64,000 bases of DNA from an uncultured Gammaproteobacteria bacterium (GTDB lineage: Bacteria; Pseudomonadota; Gammaproteobacteria; Steroidobacterales; Rariloculaceae). The stretch is from contig CAVQLK010000001.1 of the NCBI GenBank assembly GCA_963713355.1, forward strand, positions 14,269 through 78,268, given 5' to 3'. The position numbers and the translations under genes are program-made. This document shows, piece after piece, positions 27,929-36,619 of this stretch. Below the pieces are notes generated by a model. It was not told the origin of the DNA, ran no database searches, and saw nothing but the letters and a program-made list of their open reading frames with translations. Numbering within the stretch: the stretch's first letter is position 1; the number at the start of each line of letters is the position of its first letter.

Positions 27929-29724
27929 TCTTTCTCTTCCAGCCGTGCTTCGTCACGCGCGTACGGAATCGACACGGTCGACTTCTGCATGTCCCAGGCG
28001 CCCGTCGGGCAGCGTTCCGCGCATAGCCCGCAATGCACGCACAGATTCTCGTCCTTCAACATCACGCGCGCGGTTTGTTTGAGCGGCGCGGACACGAAGA
28101 GTTGCTGCTCGAGGTTAAGACGCGCGGCCTTGAGGCGGCTCGAGAGCTCGGCCTCGGTGCCGTTCGGCGCTATGGCAAGGCAATCGACGGGGCAGATGTC
28201 GATGCAGGCGTCGCATTCGATGCAAAGATCCGCCGTGAACACCGTCTGCAAGTCGCAATTCAAGCAGCGCTCGACCTCGGTCGCGACTTGCTCCGCGCTG
28301 AAGCCGAGCTCGACCTCGATATCGAGCTTCTTGAACCGCTGCCGCAAGTCGACGTGCGGCATGATGCGCCGCGCCGCCGGCTCGTAAGCGTTGCTGTAGC
28401 TCCACTCGTGGATGCCCATCTTCGCCGTCGTCAGCGTGACGCCGCGCGGCAGGCGCTCCTCGAGGCTCGTGCCTTCGCAGTGCTTGTGAATCGAGATCGC
28501 GGCTTGATGGCCGTGCTCGACGGCCCAGATGATGTTCTTCGGGCCGAATGCAGCGTCGCCGCCGAAGAACACGCCTGGCCGCGTCGATTGAAACGTCTTG
28601 GGATCGACGACGGGCACGTCCTCGCCGTCGAACGTAAGACCGAGATCGCGCTCGATCCACGGGAACGCATTTTCCTGTCCGATCGCGAGCACGACGTCGT
28701 CGCAGGGCAGGAAAACTTCGCGAACGACTCTCGTGGTGGCGATGTCGCCGCCGGCGTCGAGCTCGTACTCGAGCTCGTCGAACCGCATGCCGATCAGCTT
28801 GCCGTCCTCTATGACGAATTCCTTCGGCGAATGATTGACGACGATCTCGACCTGCTCTTCCTCGGCATCCTCGAGCTCCCAGTCCGAAGCTTTGAAGAAC
28901 TGCCGCGGCTTGCGGGCGATGACCTTGACGTCTTTGGCACCGAGCCGCAGCGAGCTGCGGCAGCAATCCATCGCCGTGTTACCGACGCCGATGATGAGCA
29001 CGCGCTCGCCGATCGACTCGACATGGCCGAACGCTACGCCGCCGAGCCAATCGATCCCGATGTGAATACGATCGCTCGCGTCGCGTCCCGGCAGGCGCAG
29101 GTTCTTGCCCTTCGGCGCGCCGCTGCCGACGAATACAGCGGCGAACTCACCGCCTTCGAGCAGCGCTCGCAAGCTCGCAACCGGCGATGCGAGCTTGACC
29201 TCGACGCCGAGCCGTGTGATGTAGCCGATCTCCTCGTCGAGGACCTCGGTCGGCAAGCGAAAGGCCGGGATGTTCGTGCGCATGAGCCCGCCGGGACGGC
29301 TCATGGCTTCGAAGATCACGCACTCGTACCCGAGCGGCGCGAGATCGTTCGCCACCGTCAGCGAGGCGCAACCGGCCCCGATCAACGCGACACGCCGGCC
29401 GTTCTTGCGCTTCGCAGGGCCGGGTAGCCGGCTCTCGATGTCGCCGCGATGATCCGCCGCGACGCGCTTCAACCGGCAGATCGCAACGGGCTTCTCCTCG
29501 ACGCGCGCGCGGCGGCACGCCGGCTCGCAAGGCCGGTCGCAGACGCGGCCTAAGATCGCGGGGAAGACGTTCGAAGCGCGGTTCAGTAGGTATGCGTCGC
29601 CGAATCGTCCCTGCGCGACGAGACGAATGTATTCCGGAACGTCGGTGTGCGCGGGGCACGCCCATTGGCAATCGACGACGCGGTGAAAATACTCGTTCCC
29701 TAAGGTGTCGGTCGGATCCATCAA
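27901..29724 (-). CDS. GltD-like NAD(P)H-dependent FAD oxidoreductase fused to a C-terminal 2x[4Fe-4S] ferredoxin domain
   Basis: N-terminal Fe-S CQWACPAHTDVPEY...GRVCDRPCEPAC; dinucleotide fold RRVALIGAGCASL and VLIIGVGNTAMD. C-terminus CLNCDLQTV..CIECDACIDICP and CVHCGLCAERCP. Confidence 0.85.
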   Translation of the reverse strand: MMDPTDTLGNEYFHRVVDCQWACPAHTDVPEYIRLVAQGRFGDAYLLNRASNVFPAILGRVCDRPCEPACRRARVEEKPVAICRLKRVAADHRGDIESRLPGPAKRKNGRRVALIGAGCASLTVANDLAPLGYECVIFEAMSRPGGLMRTNIPAFRLPTEVLDEEIGYITRLGVEVKLASPVASLRALLEGGEFAAVFVGSGAPKGKNLRLPGRDASDRIHIGIDWLGGVAFGHVESIGERVLIIGVGNTAMDCCRSSLRLGAKDVKVIARKPRQFFKASDWELEDAEEEQVEIVVNHSPKEFVIEDGKLIGMRFDELEYELDAGGDIATTRVVREVFLPCDDVVLAIGQENAFPWIERDLGLTFDGEDVPVVDPKTFQSTRPGVFFGGDAAFGPKNIIWAVEHGHQAAISIHKHCEGTSLEERLPRGVTLTTAKMGIHEWSYSNAYEPAARRIMPHVDLRQRFKKLDIEVELGFSAEQVATEVERCLNCDLQTVFTADLCIECDACIDICPVDCLAIAPNGTEAELSSRLKAARLNLEQQLFVSAPLKQTARVMLKDENLCVHCGLCAERCPTGAWDMQKSTVSIPYARDEARLEEKEWESSRKAG

Positions 29725-29951
29725 GCGCCGCCTAGAACTTAAGCAGGAGCGGTGACCTCGAATGGGGCATCGGTGGGCGCGACATTATAGACATTTGCCG
29801 GAGGCTGAACACACTGAACGTTCCCAATCTCGGTCGGGACTCATCCGTGCTGCGCGAGCTTGCCGCGTCGGACATAAGGCGTACTTCGTCCGCGGCTGCG
29901 GCGCTTCGGTTTGGGGATAGAATGCCAGTGATGAGCCCCGCAACGACCATC

Positions 29952-31283
29952 ATGCGAAGGTCTGGCTGCGGCCGCACGTGGCTGCTCGCTTGGCTCGTTT
30001 GCGGCACCTTGATGAGTGCCGTGGACGCACAAACCGACGCCGGCGAAACCGGCGCCGTCACGGCGCCCGACGACGCGGGCGCCGAAAGCAGCGAAACCGT
30101 CGAAACGCCCGAGCTCGTCGCAGCGGAGCCCGTTAACCCCATCGCGGCTGCCGAGCGACTCGTCGCGAGCAACCGCGCGGAGTTTGGTCAGAGAAGCTTT
30201 CAGACCGCGGAAGCGATCACGAGCCTCGCCGACGCCCATCGCCAAGCCAAGGATTACGAGAGAGCCGCCGAGAATTATCTGGAGGCCGTCGAGATTTATC
30301 GCACGATCGAGGGACCGTTCACGCCGCTCGTGATCCGGCCGTTGACGAGCTTGGGCGACAATTACCACGAAGCCGACGACGACGTGAACGCTGTCGCCGC
30401 TTACACCGAGGCGCGCACGGTGAGCCGGCGCGTTTACGGCTTGCACAACGAGGGGCAGATCGAATTGCTCGACCGGATGTCGCGCTCGTTCCTCGATCTC
30501 AACCAGTTGAGCGAAGCCGAGGCACAGCAAGTCGAAGCGCTTCGCCTCGTGCAGCGCGGCAACCCGCCGGGCTCCGACGCGGTGCTCGAGGCCATGTACA
30601 AGTATGCCGAGTGGCTCGGCGATCGATCGTACTTCCAGCTGCAGCGCGATCAGTACGCGCGGGCGCTGCGCATCATCCGCCAGGTCCACGGCGAGCGCGA
30701 CGCGAGGCAGGTCAAAGCTCTGCTCGGAATCGGCAACACGTATCGCGAGGAACGCAATCCCGCGAGCATGGGCATTTCGGCGCTGCAGGAAGCGTTGGCA
30801 TTGCTGCTCGAGCAACCGCAGCGCGATGCCGCCGGGATCGCGCGCGCGCTGCGCGACATCGGCGACTGGTCCGTCGCGTTCGGCAAGACGGGCTATGCGG
30901 GCACCGAGTACCAACGCGCCTGGCAGATGCTGGCCTCGGCGCCGAACGGCGAGCAGCTTCGGCGTGAGTGGTTCTCGGGCGCGAACTACGTTCTGTACGA
31001 GCCGATCAGTCCGCGCGGCTTGAGCATCGATCCCGAGGCGCTGAGCGGCCATGTCACGGTCACGTTCGACATCGATCACGCAGGAAATACCGAAAACGTC
31101 GCGTTGATCGAGTCAAACCCCATCGGCCTCAAGGATGAGGCAGTGCTGCGGCACATCCGCCGGTCGCGCTTCCGGCCTCTGCTCAAGGAAGGCGCAGTCG
31201 TCATCGGCAAAGGTTTGGCGATTCAGGTCAAGTTCCGCTATCTGCCCGCCACTGCGGCAGCGGACCAAGGCGATGCGGGGTAG
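29952..31283 (+). CDS. exported TPR-repeat protein with TonB-C-terminal-like domain (paralogue 1)
   Basis: Signal MRRSGCGRTWLLAWLVCGTLMSAVDAQ. TPR-like helices (AEAITSLADAHRQAKDYERAAENYLEAVEIY). C-terminus GHVTVTFDIDHAGNTENVALIESNPIGLKDEAVLRHIRRSRFRPLLKEGAVV..VKFRY resembles TonB_C. ORF opens at 29847. Confidence 0.75.
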   Translation: MRRSGCGRTWLLAWLVCGTLMSAVDAQTDAGETGAVTAPDDAGAESSETVETPELVAAEPVNPIAAAERLVASNRAEFGQRSFQTAEAITSLADAHRQAKDYERAAENYLEAVEIYRTIEGPFTPLVIRPLTSLGDNYHEADDDVNAVAAYTEARTVSRRVYGLHNEGQIELLDRMSRSFLDLNQLSEAEAQQVEALRLVQRGNPPGSDAVLEAMYKYAEWLGDRSYFQLQRDQYARALRIIRQVHGERDARQVKALLGIGNTYREERNPASMGISALQEALALLLEQPQRDAAGIARALRDIGDWSVAFGKTGYAGTEYQRAWQMLASAPNGEQLRREWFSGANYVLYEPISPRGLSIDPEALSGHVTVTFDIDHAGNTENVALIESNPIGLKDEAVLRHIRRSRFRPLLKEGAVVIGKGLAIQVKFRYLPATAAADQGDAG

Positions 31284-32581
31284 CAACGCGGCCGTCATCG
31301 CGCTCGCGCTGGCCGCAGCGGCCGCGTCGGGCGCGCTCGGCGCGCAGGACACCGTCGAGCAGCCACAGCCGCAGGCGTCGACGGCCTCGCCGTTGGACGG
31401 CCTACGCCGCGCTCGCGACGCATTCGCCGACGTGGGCGACTTCAGCGCGGCGCTCGGCCCGGCGCAAAACATCGTCGACTCGCAGCGCGAGCAGCGCGGG
31501 CCGAATTATCCGGCGGACCTCGCGGCACTCGGGCTCATCCAGGCCGAGCTCCGCGACACCGAGGACGCGATCGTCAACATCGCCGAGGCCATCGGTATAG
31601 TCGTAGATGCCGAGGGCGAGTACTCGCCGACGCTGATCGAGTACTACCGTGGGCTCGGGCGCGCTTACATCAAGGATGCGCAGTACCGCCAAGCGATCGT
31701 GACGCTCGAGCAGGCGCAGCACATCAGCCAGCGCCATTTCGGGTTGTTCAACGTCGAGCAGGCCGCGCTGCTCGACGACATCACGACCGCGTATCTCGGG
31801 CTCGGCAACACCGTCGACGCGAAGAATATGCAAGTCGAGCGGCTCGACAACGCGCTGCGGCGGTTCGGCCCGGCCGATCCGCGCGTGATCCCGTTTCGCT
31901 ATACGCTGGCGAGGTATTACGAGCAGTCCCGGCTGCCCGAGAGCGCCCGCGAGCAATACGAAGAAGTGTTGAAGGCGCAGGAGAGCCGGCTCGGCGGCGC
32001 CGACGCAGGGCTGCTGGCGCCGTTGCGCGAGCTCGCGGCGATCGACCTCCTCATCGCTCAAGGCGAGTATCCCGAGCAGCGGGATCGCCTCGCGGCCGTG
32101 CTCGCGGAGAACCCGCATGCGCCGCCCGTCGAGCGCGGCCTTTCGCTGGCATTCCTCGGCGACTGGGCCACGGTGACCGGTGACGCGGCAGCCGCTCGCG
32201 GCTATTACCGCGATGCTTGGAGCGCGCTCGAAGAGGACACGGAAGTCGACGCCGCCGCGTACTTTCGCAAGCCGACGATGATCGATTTCGTGGCGCCGCT
32301 CTCCGCCGTCGACCGCAACGAGCGGTCGCGGCCGTACACGTGGACCGAGATCGTGCTCGAGTTCGACGTGTCGGCCGAGGGCCTGCCTTCCGAAGTGCGC
32401 GCCGTGACGACGGGATCCGCAAACCGCTGCGCTGCAGGCGCGCTACAGCCGCCGCCTGCGCGAGACGCATTTCCGCCCGCGCTTGGTCGCAGGCGAGCCC
32501 GTCGCAACGACGAACGTGCGCTCGACGCACTACGTGCGGCGCTACGTCGGCAAGGACGAGGAAGAGGCCGCCGACGAGTAA
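31273..32581 (+). pseudogene. exported TPR-repeat protein with TonB-C-terminal-like domain (paralogue 2), one frameshift
   Basis: ATG 31273 overlaps the stop of paralogue 1 by 11 nt. Signal MRGSNAAVIALALAAAAASGALGAQ, then TPR helices. An extra G in the GGG run near 32413 shifts the frame; the restored tail is ..EVRAVTTDPQTAALQARYSRRLRETHFRPRLVAGEPVATTNVRSTHYVRRY..DE*, stop at 32579-32581. Confidence 0.75.
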
Positions 32582-32978
32582 TTCGTGCTGCTCGGCACAC
32601 CGAACGCCGGCTCTCTGGCCCGCCGCTTGCAGCAATCGGTGCTGCATCAAGAGCTAGGGGTGACCCCAAATGTCTCGATTCCGACCAGCGCGGCTCGCGA
32701 TCCTGCTCGGCTGCGCGCTGCACGGCGCGGCCGGCGCGGCCGTCGTTCAACACGTCGAGCCGCTGCTCGGCTTCAGCGTCGAGGGAGAGAAACCCACGGC
32801 GAGCAGCCCGGCGCGGGTCAGCTTCAACGCATTCAGCCGCGATTTCGCGCTCGAGCTCGAGCCAAACGGCCGGCTCGCCGGCTTGCAGCAACGCATCGGC
32901 ACGGCCGCGGCGTACCGCGGCAAGGTCGCTGGCCGCCCCGGCTCGTGGGTTCGCCTCGTCTTGACGACCGAAGGGCCC

Positions 32979-33052
32979 ACGAGGGCAGGGATGCCCGAGG
33001 TAGAGCAACGCAGGGACGAGGGCAGGGATGCCCGAGGTAGAGCAACGCACGG
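32979..33052 (+). repeat. 37-bp tandem duplication inside the protease pro-region
   Basis: acgagggcagggatgcccgaggtagagcaacgca occurs at 32979 and again at 33016 (period 37, differing only at the penultimate position, 33014 vs 33051). Confidence 0.9.
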
Positions 33053-33053
33053 A

Positions 33054-33077
33054 GCAGTTGCCGAGCAGTTGCCGAGC
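33054..33077 (+). repeat. 11-bp tandem repeat (2.2 copies)
   Basis: gcagttgccga at 33054 and at 33065, then gc. Confidence 0.9.
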
Positions 33078-34744
33078 GGGCTCGTCTTCGACGGAGAGAC
33101 GTTGTACGGCATCGAAACGGGCGACGAAGCGCGAGTGGCCGGCGGAGCGCCGGCGATGTTTCGCCTCGCCGACGTTTACTTCGCGCCCGGTGAGCTCGGC
33201 TGCGAAAGCGCCGCCGCAGCCGCGATCGACGGCGAGCAAGCCGTCGCCGCGATGGCGCAGGAATTCACGGCGCTCGCGGCAGCCGCAGCGACGCGCAGCC
33301 TCGACCTCGGCGCCGTCGCCGACTTCGAGTTCTCGCAAGCCTTCGGCGCGGGTGCCGAGGCGGCGCTGCTGACGCGCTTCAACAATGTCGACGGAATCTT
33401 CAGCGAGCAGCTCGGCGTGCAGATCAGCGTCGAGGAGATCGACATTTTCACGGCGAGCGAGGATCCGTTCACGACCGCCGCTGCGAGCGCCCTGCTCGAC
33501 GAGCTCGCGAACTATCGCGGCGCGACGCCGAGCCAGGACTCGCTCGATCTGACGCATCTCTTAACGGGCCGCAACCTCGACGGCTCGACGGCCGGCACGG
33601 CGTTTTTCGGCGCCGTCTGCGCTCGCCGTAGGGCGGGCGAGACGCGCAGCTTCGGCGCGGGCTTGAGCGAAGCCAGCCGAGGCGCCGTCATCGACAGCCT
33701 CGTCGCCGCGCACGAGATCGGCCACAACTTCGGCGCGCCGCACGACGGTGCCGGCGCTTGCACATCGACGCCGGCTACTTTTCTGATGGCTCCGGACATC
33801 AACGGCTCGAACCAATTCTCCGAGTGCAGCGTTCGCGAGATCCAAGCCGAAATCGAGGGCGCGGCCTGTCTCGCTCGGATCGGCCCCGCCGACATGAGCG
33901 TGACGCTGTCGCAGCCGGCACAAGCTCTCGCAGGCGTCTCCATGGCGCAGACGGCGACGGTCGACAACGACGGAGCCGACGAAGCAACGGGCGTCGTGTT
34001 CACGGCGACTGCGGAGGCTGGCCTCGCGATCGAAGCGGCCGAAGCCGGCGGCGCGATTTGCACCGTCGCGCCGAGCTCGGCGAGTTGCCCGCTCGGCGCC
34101 GTCGGGGGCGGAGCGTCGCGGAGCGTGACGCTGACGCTGCGCGCCGACGCTCCCGGGACGTTCGAGCTCACTGCGACCGTCACGGCCGCCAGCGACCAGG
34201 ACTTCGAGCGACAATAGCGCCATCGTCGAGCTGACGGCCGTGCCCGGCGTCGATCTCGTCTGGTCCGCGGCGGCGTCGGCGGTTGCGCTCAACGGGCAGT
34301 CCACGCTCACGGCCACGCTCACGAACGCGGCTGATGTCGCAGCGACGTCCGTCGTCGTGTCGGCCGCGCTCGCAGCCGGCTTGCGGCCGGACCAGGTTAC
34401 GCTCGGCGACAGCGCTTGCACGATCGCGGCCCAAACGGTCTCGTGCCCCGCCCGGCCGTTGGCGGCACGCGGCAGCCTGCCGCTCACGTTGACGGTGACG
34501 GGCACGGCGCCCGGCAATCAGCCGGTCACTGTCTATGCGAACACGAACGACGCGGAGCGCGTGCCGGCCGACAATCAGCTCGCGATTGCGATGACCGTCA
34601 ATTCTCCGCAGTCGAACGGTGGAGGCGGGGCGCTTTCTTGGCTCGCCGTCGCGGCGTTGCTGGCCGCGTATGCAGTCCGGGGCGCACGGGCCTCGCGCGA
34701 ACGCCGTCGCGGGCGCAAAATCGACGGCCCGGGCCTAGATAACG

Positions 34745-35826
34745 ATGGACGGCAAGATCAAAGGTCGCGGCGCGCTTTCGAATAGAGAAGGACGATTCGC
34801 GCGCCATGTGCGAGATCCCGATCTCGACGCGCTGGCCGCGGCGGCCGCGGCCGACGAGCCGAGCCCGAGCCCGCGAAACCGGCGACGACGCTGCACATCG
34901 ACCGCGCGCGCACGATCATTGCGCGCAACGATTCGCCGGACGTCGGGTTCGACCAATCGATCAATCCGTATCGCGGCTGCGAGCACGGCTGCATCTATTG
35001 CTATGCGCGCGCGTCGCACTCCTATCTCGATCTGTCGCCGGGCCGGGATTTCGAGACGGAGATCTTCTATAAGCCGAATGCCGTCGAGCTACTGCGCGCG
35101 GAGCTCGCGCGGCCGAGCCACGAGCCGAGCCCCATCGCATTCGGCACGAACACGGATCCCTACCAGCCCGTCGAGCGCCAACAGGAGCTCACGCGGGGTC
35201 TTCTGGAGCTCCTTCTTGCGCACAAGCACGCCGTCACGATCGTTACGAAGAGCGCGCTGATCCTGCGGGATCTCGAGTTGCTCCGCGCATTTGCGGAGCA
35301 GGAGCTCATCGCCGTGCACGTCAGCGTCACGACGCTGGATGACGAGCTCAAGCGCCGCATGGAGCCGCGAACCGCCGGCCCCAAGCAGCGGCTTACGACG
35401 ATCAGGCAGCTCGCTGCGGCGGGAATTCCGACCGGCGTCATGGCCGCCCCCGTCATCCCCGCGCTGAACGACCATGAGCTCGAGCACATCCTCGAAGCGG
35501 CGGCCGAGAACGGCGCCCGCAGCGCCGGCTACGTGCTGCTGCGGTTACCGCACGAGGTCGCACCGTTGTTCGTGGAATGGCTGCATGGGCAGTACCCGGA
35601 TCGCGCCGAGCACGTATTGAGCCTCGTGCGGCAATTGCGTGGCGGTGACCTGTATGACTCGCGCTTCGGAAGCCGGCAGCGAGGCGCTGGGCCCCTCGCG
35701 GCGCTCCTGAAGGCGCGGTTCGAGAAGGCATGCCGCCGTTATGGTCTCGTGCGTGAAACCACGCTGCGAACCGACAAATTCATGCCGCCACAGCCTCCGC
35801 GGCCTCAGCTCGAGCTTGGCTTTTAG
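34745..35826 (+). pseudogene. PA0069-type radical SAM protein, one frameshift
   Basis: MDGKIKGRGALSNREGRF at the N-terminus. A 1-nt deletion near 34875 joins to KPATTLHIDRARTIIARNDSPDVGFDQSINPYRGCEHGCIYCYAR (CxxxCxxC) and on to the 35278 ORF. Confidence 0.85.
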
Positions 35827-35917
35827 TCTCAATATTTCTCGTCGCGCCCGGCTCGCCGCTAGGGTCCGCGCGGCGATTTGTGGCACTTTGCATCGGGAAT
35901 TCGCTTGGGTTTAAACC

Positions 35918-36616
35918 GTGGCCGATCATCGCCTGCTCATCATCGACGACGACGTGCGCCTGGCCGAGATGCTGGCCGAGTACCTCGCGCCGGAAGGCAT
36001 CGAGCTCACGGCCGTCGCTTCGGGTATCCAAGGCCTGCGCAGCGCCCAGCGCGAGAACTACGACCTCATCGTCCTCGACGTCATGCTGCCGGGATTATCC
36101 GGGTTCGACGTGCTGAAGCAGATCCGCGAAGCCGGGTTGAAGACGCCCGTGCTGATGCTGACGGCGCGCGGCGACGACGTCGACCGGATCGTCGGCCTCG
36201 ACTTGGGCGCCGACGATTATCTGCCGAAGCCGTTCAATCCGCGCGAGCTGCTCGCGCGCGTCAAGGCGATCTTGCGCCGCACGTCCGAGCCCGAGGGCGA
36301 CGAGCCCGTCGAGGTCACCGTCGGCGACTTGAAGGTCAACCTGCGCCGCCGCGAGGCCTGGCTCGGGGAAAGCGCGCTGAAGCTCACGAACGCAGAATTC
36401 GTGATTCTCGTGACGCTGATGCGCTCGCCGGGCGACGTCGTGTCGCGCGAGGCGCTGACGCGCACGGCGCTCGGCCGCCAGCTCCTTCCCGATGACCGCA
36501 GTCTCGACACGCACATCAGCAACCTGCGCCGCAAGCTCGGCAGCGACGCCGACGCCGACGTTTTGATTCGCAGCATCCGCGGCAGCGGTTACGTGCTCGT
36601 GCCGCCCGAGGCGTAG
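35918..36616 (+). CDS. OmpR-family response regulator (CpxR-like)
   Basis: LLIIDDD, DLIVLDVMLPGLSG, LTARGDD, DDYLPKPF, and a C-terminal wHTH. GTG start. Confidence 0.9.
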   Translation: MADHRLLIIDDDVRLAEMLAEYLAPEGIELTAVASGIQGLRSAQRENYDLIVLDVMLPGLSGFDVLKQIREAGLKTPVLMLTARGDDVDRIVGLDLGADDYLPKPFNPRELLARVKAILRRTSEPEGDEPVEVTVGDLKVNLRRREAWLGESALKLTNAEFVILVTLMRSPGDVVSREALTRTALGRQLLPDDRSLDTHISNLRRKLGSDADADVLIRSIRGSGYVLVPPEA

Positions 36617-36619
36617 CGC

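Larger units (their letters stand above)
32670..34785 (+). pseudogene. reprolysin-like (M12B-type) zinc metalloprotease with two DUF11-like repeats and GlyGly-CTERM-like sorting tail, one frameshift
   Basis: Signal MSRFRPARLAILLGCALHGAAGAA. Zinc site VAAHEIGHNFGAPHDG. Extra T near 34203 joins ..TAASDQD|SSDNSAIVELTAVPGVDLVW.. to the 34240 ORF. Tail SNGGGGALSWLAVAALLAAYAVRGARASRERRR. Confidence 0.8.

Noticed and set aside
24378-29427. Long antisense ORFs opposite the coiled-coil, korAB and gltD-like genes (24378-26132, 26120-27709, 28033-29427). Similar ORFs lie at 13008-14384, 53254-55098 and 59681-61153.
   Set aside because: These are typical high-GC shadow ORFs. Their composition is Arg/Ala/Pro/Gly-dominated with no motifs, and each lies opposite a gene with strong family signatures.
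31135-31272. Upstream start (31135) for the second TPR/TonB-C gene
   Set aside because: That part overlaps the C-terminus of paralogue 1 and translates to Ser/Arg-rich nonsense. ATG 31273 yields a canonical signal peptide.
32979-33077. Tandem repeats as a CRISPR array or other spaced repeat
   Set aside because: There are only two head-to-tail copies with no spacers. They lie inside a coding region, and no cas genes are present.
34240-34785. Independent 181-aa gene starting at GTG 34240
   Set aside because: The frame is open upstream and continues the DUF11-like repeat (SSDNSAIVELTAVPGVDLVW). It is the C-terminal part of the protease, separated by a 1-nt insertion.
35881-35893. TGGCAC followed by TTTGCA upstream of the response regulator, as a sigma-54 promoter
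   Set aside because: The GG and GC elements are only about 8 nt apart instead of 12, so the geometry is wrong.
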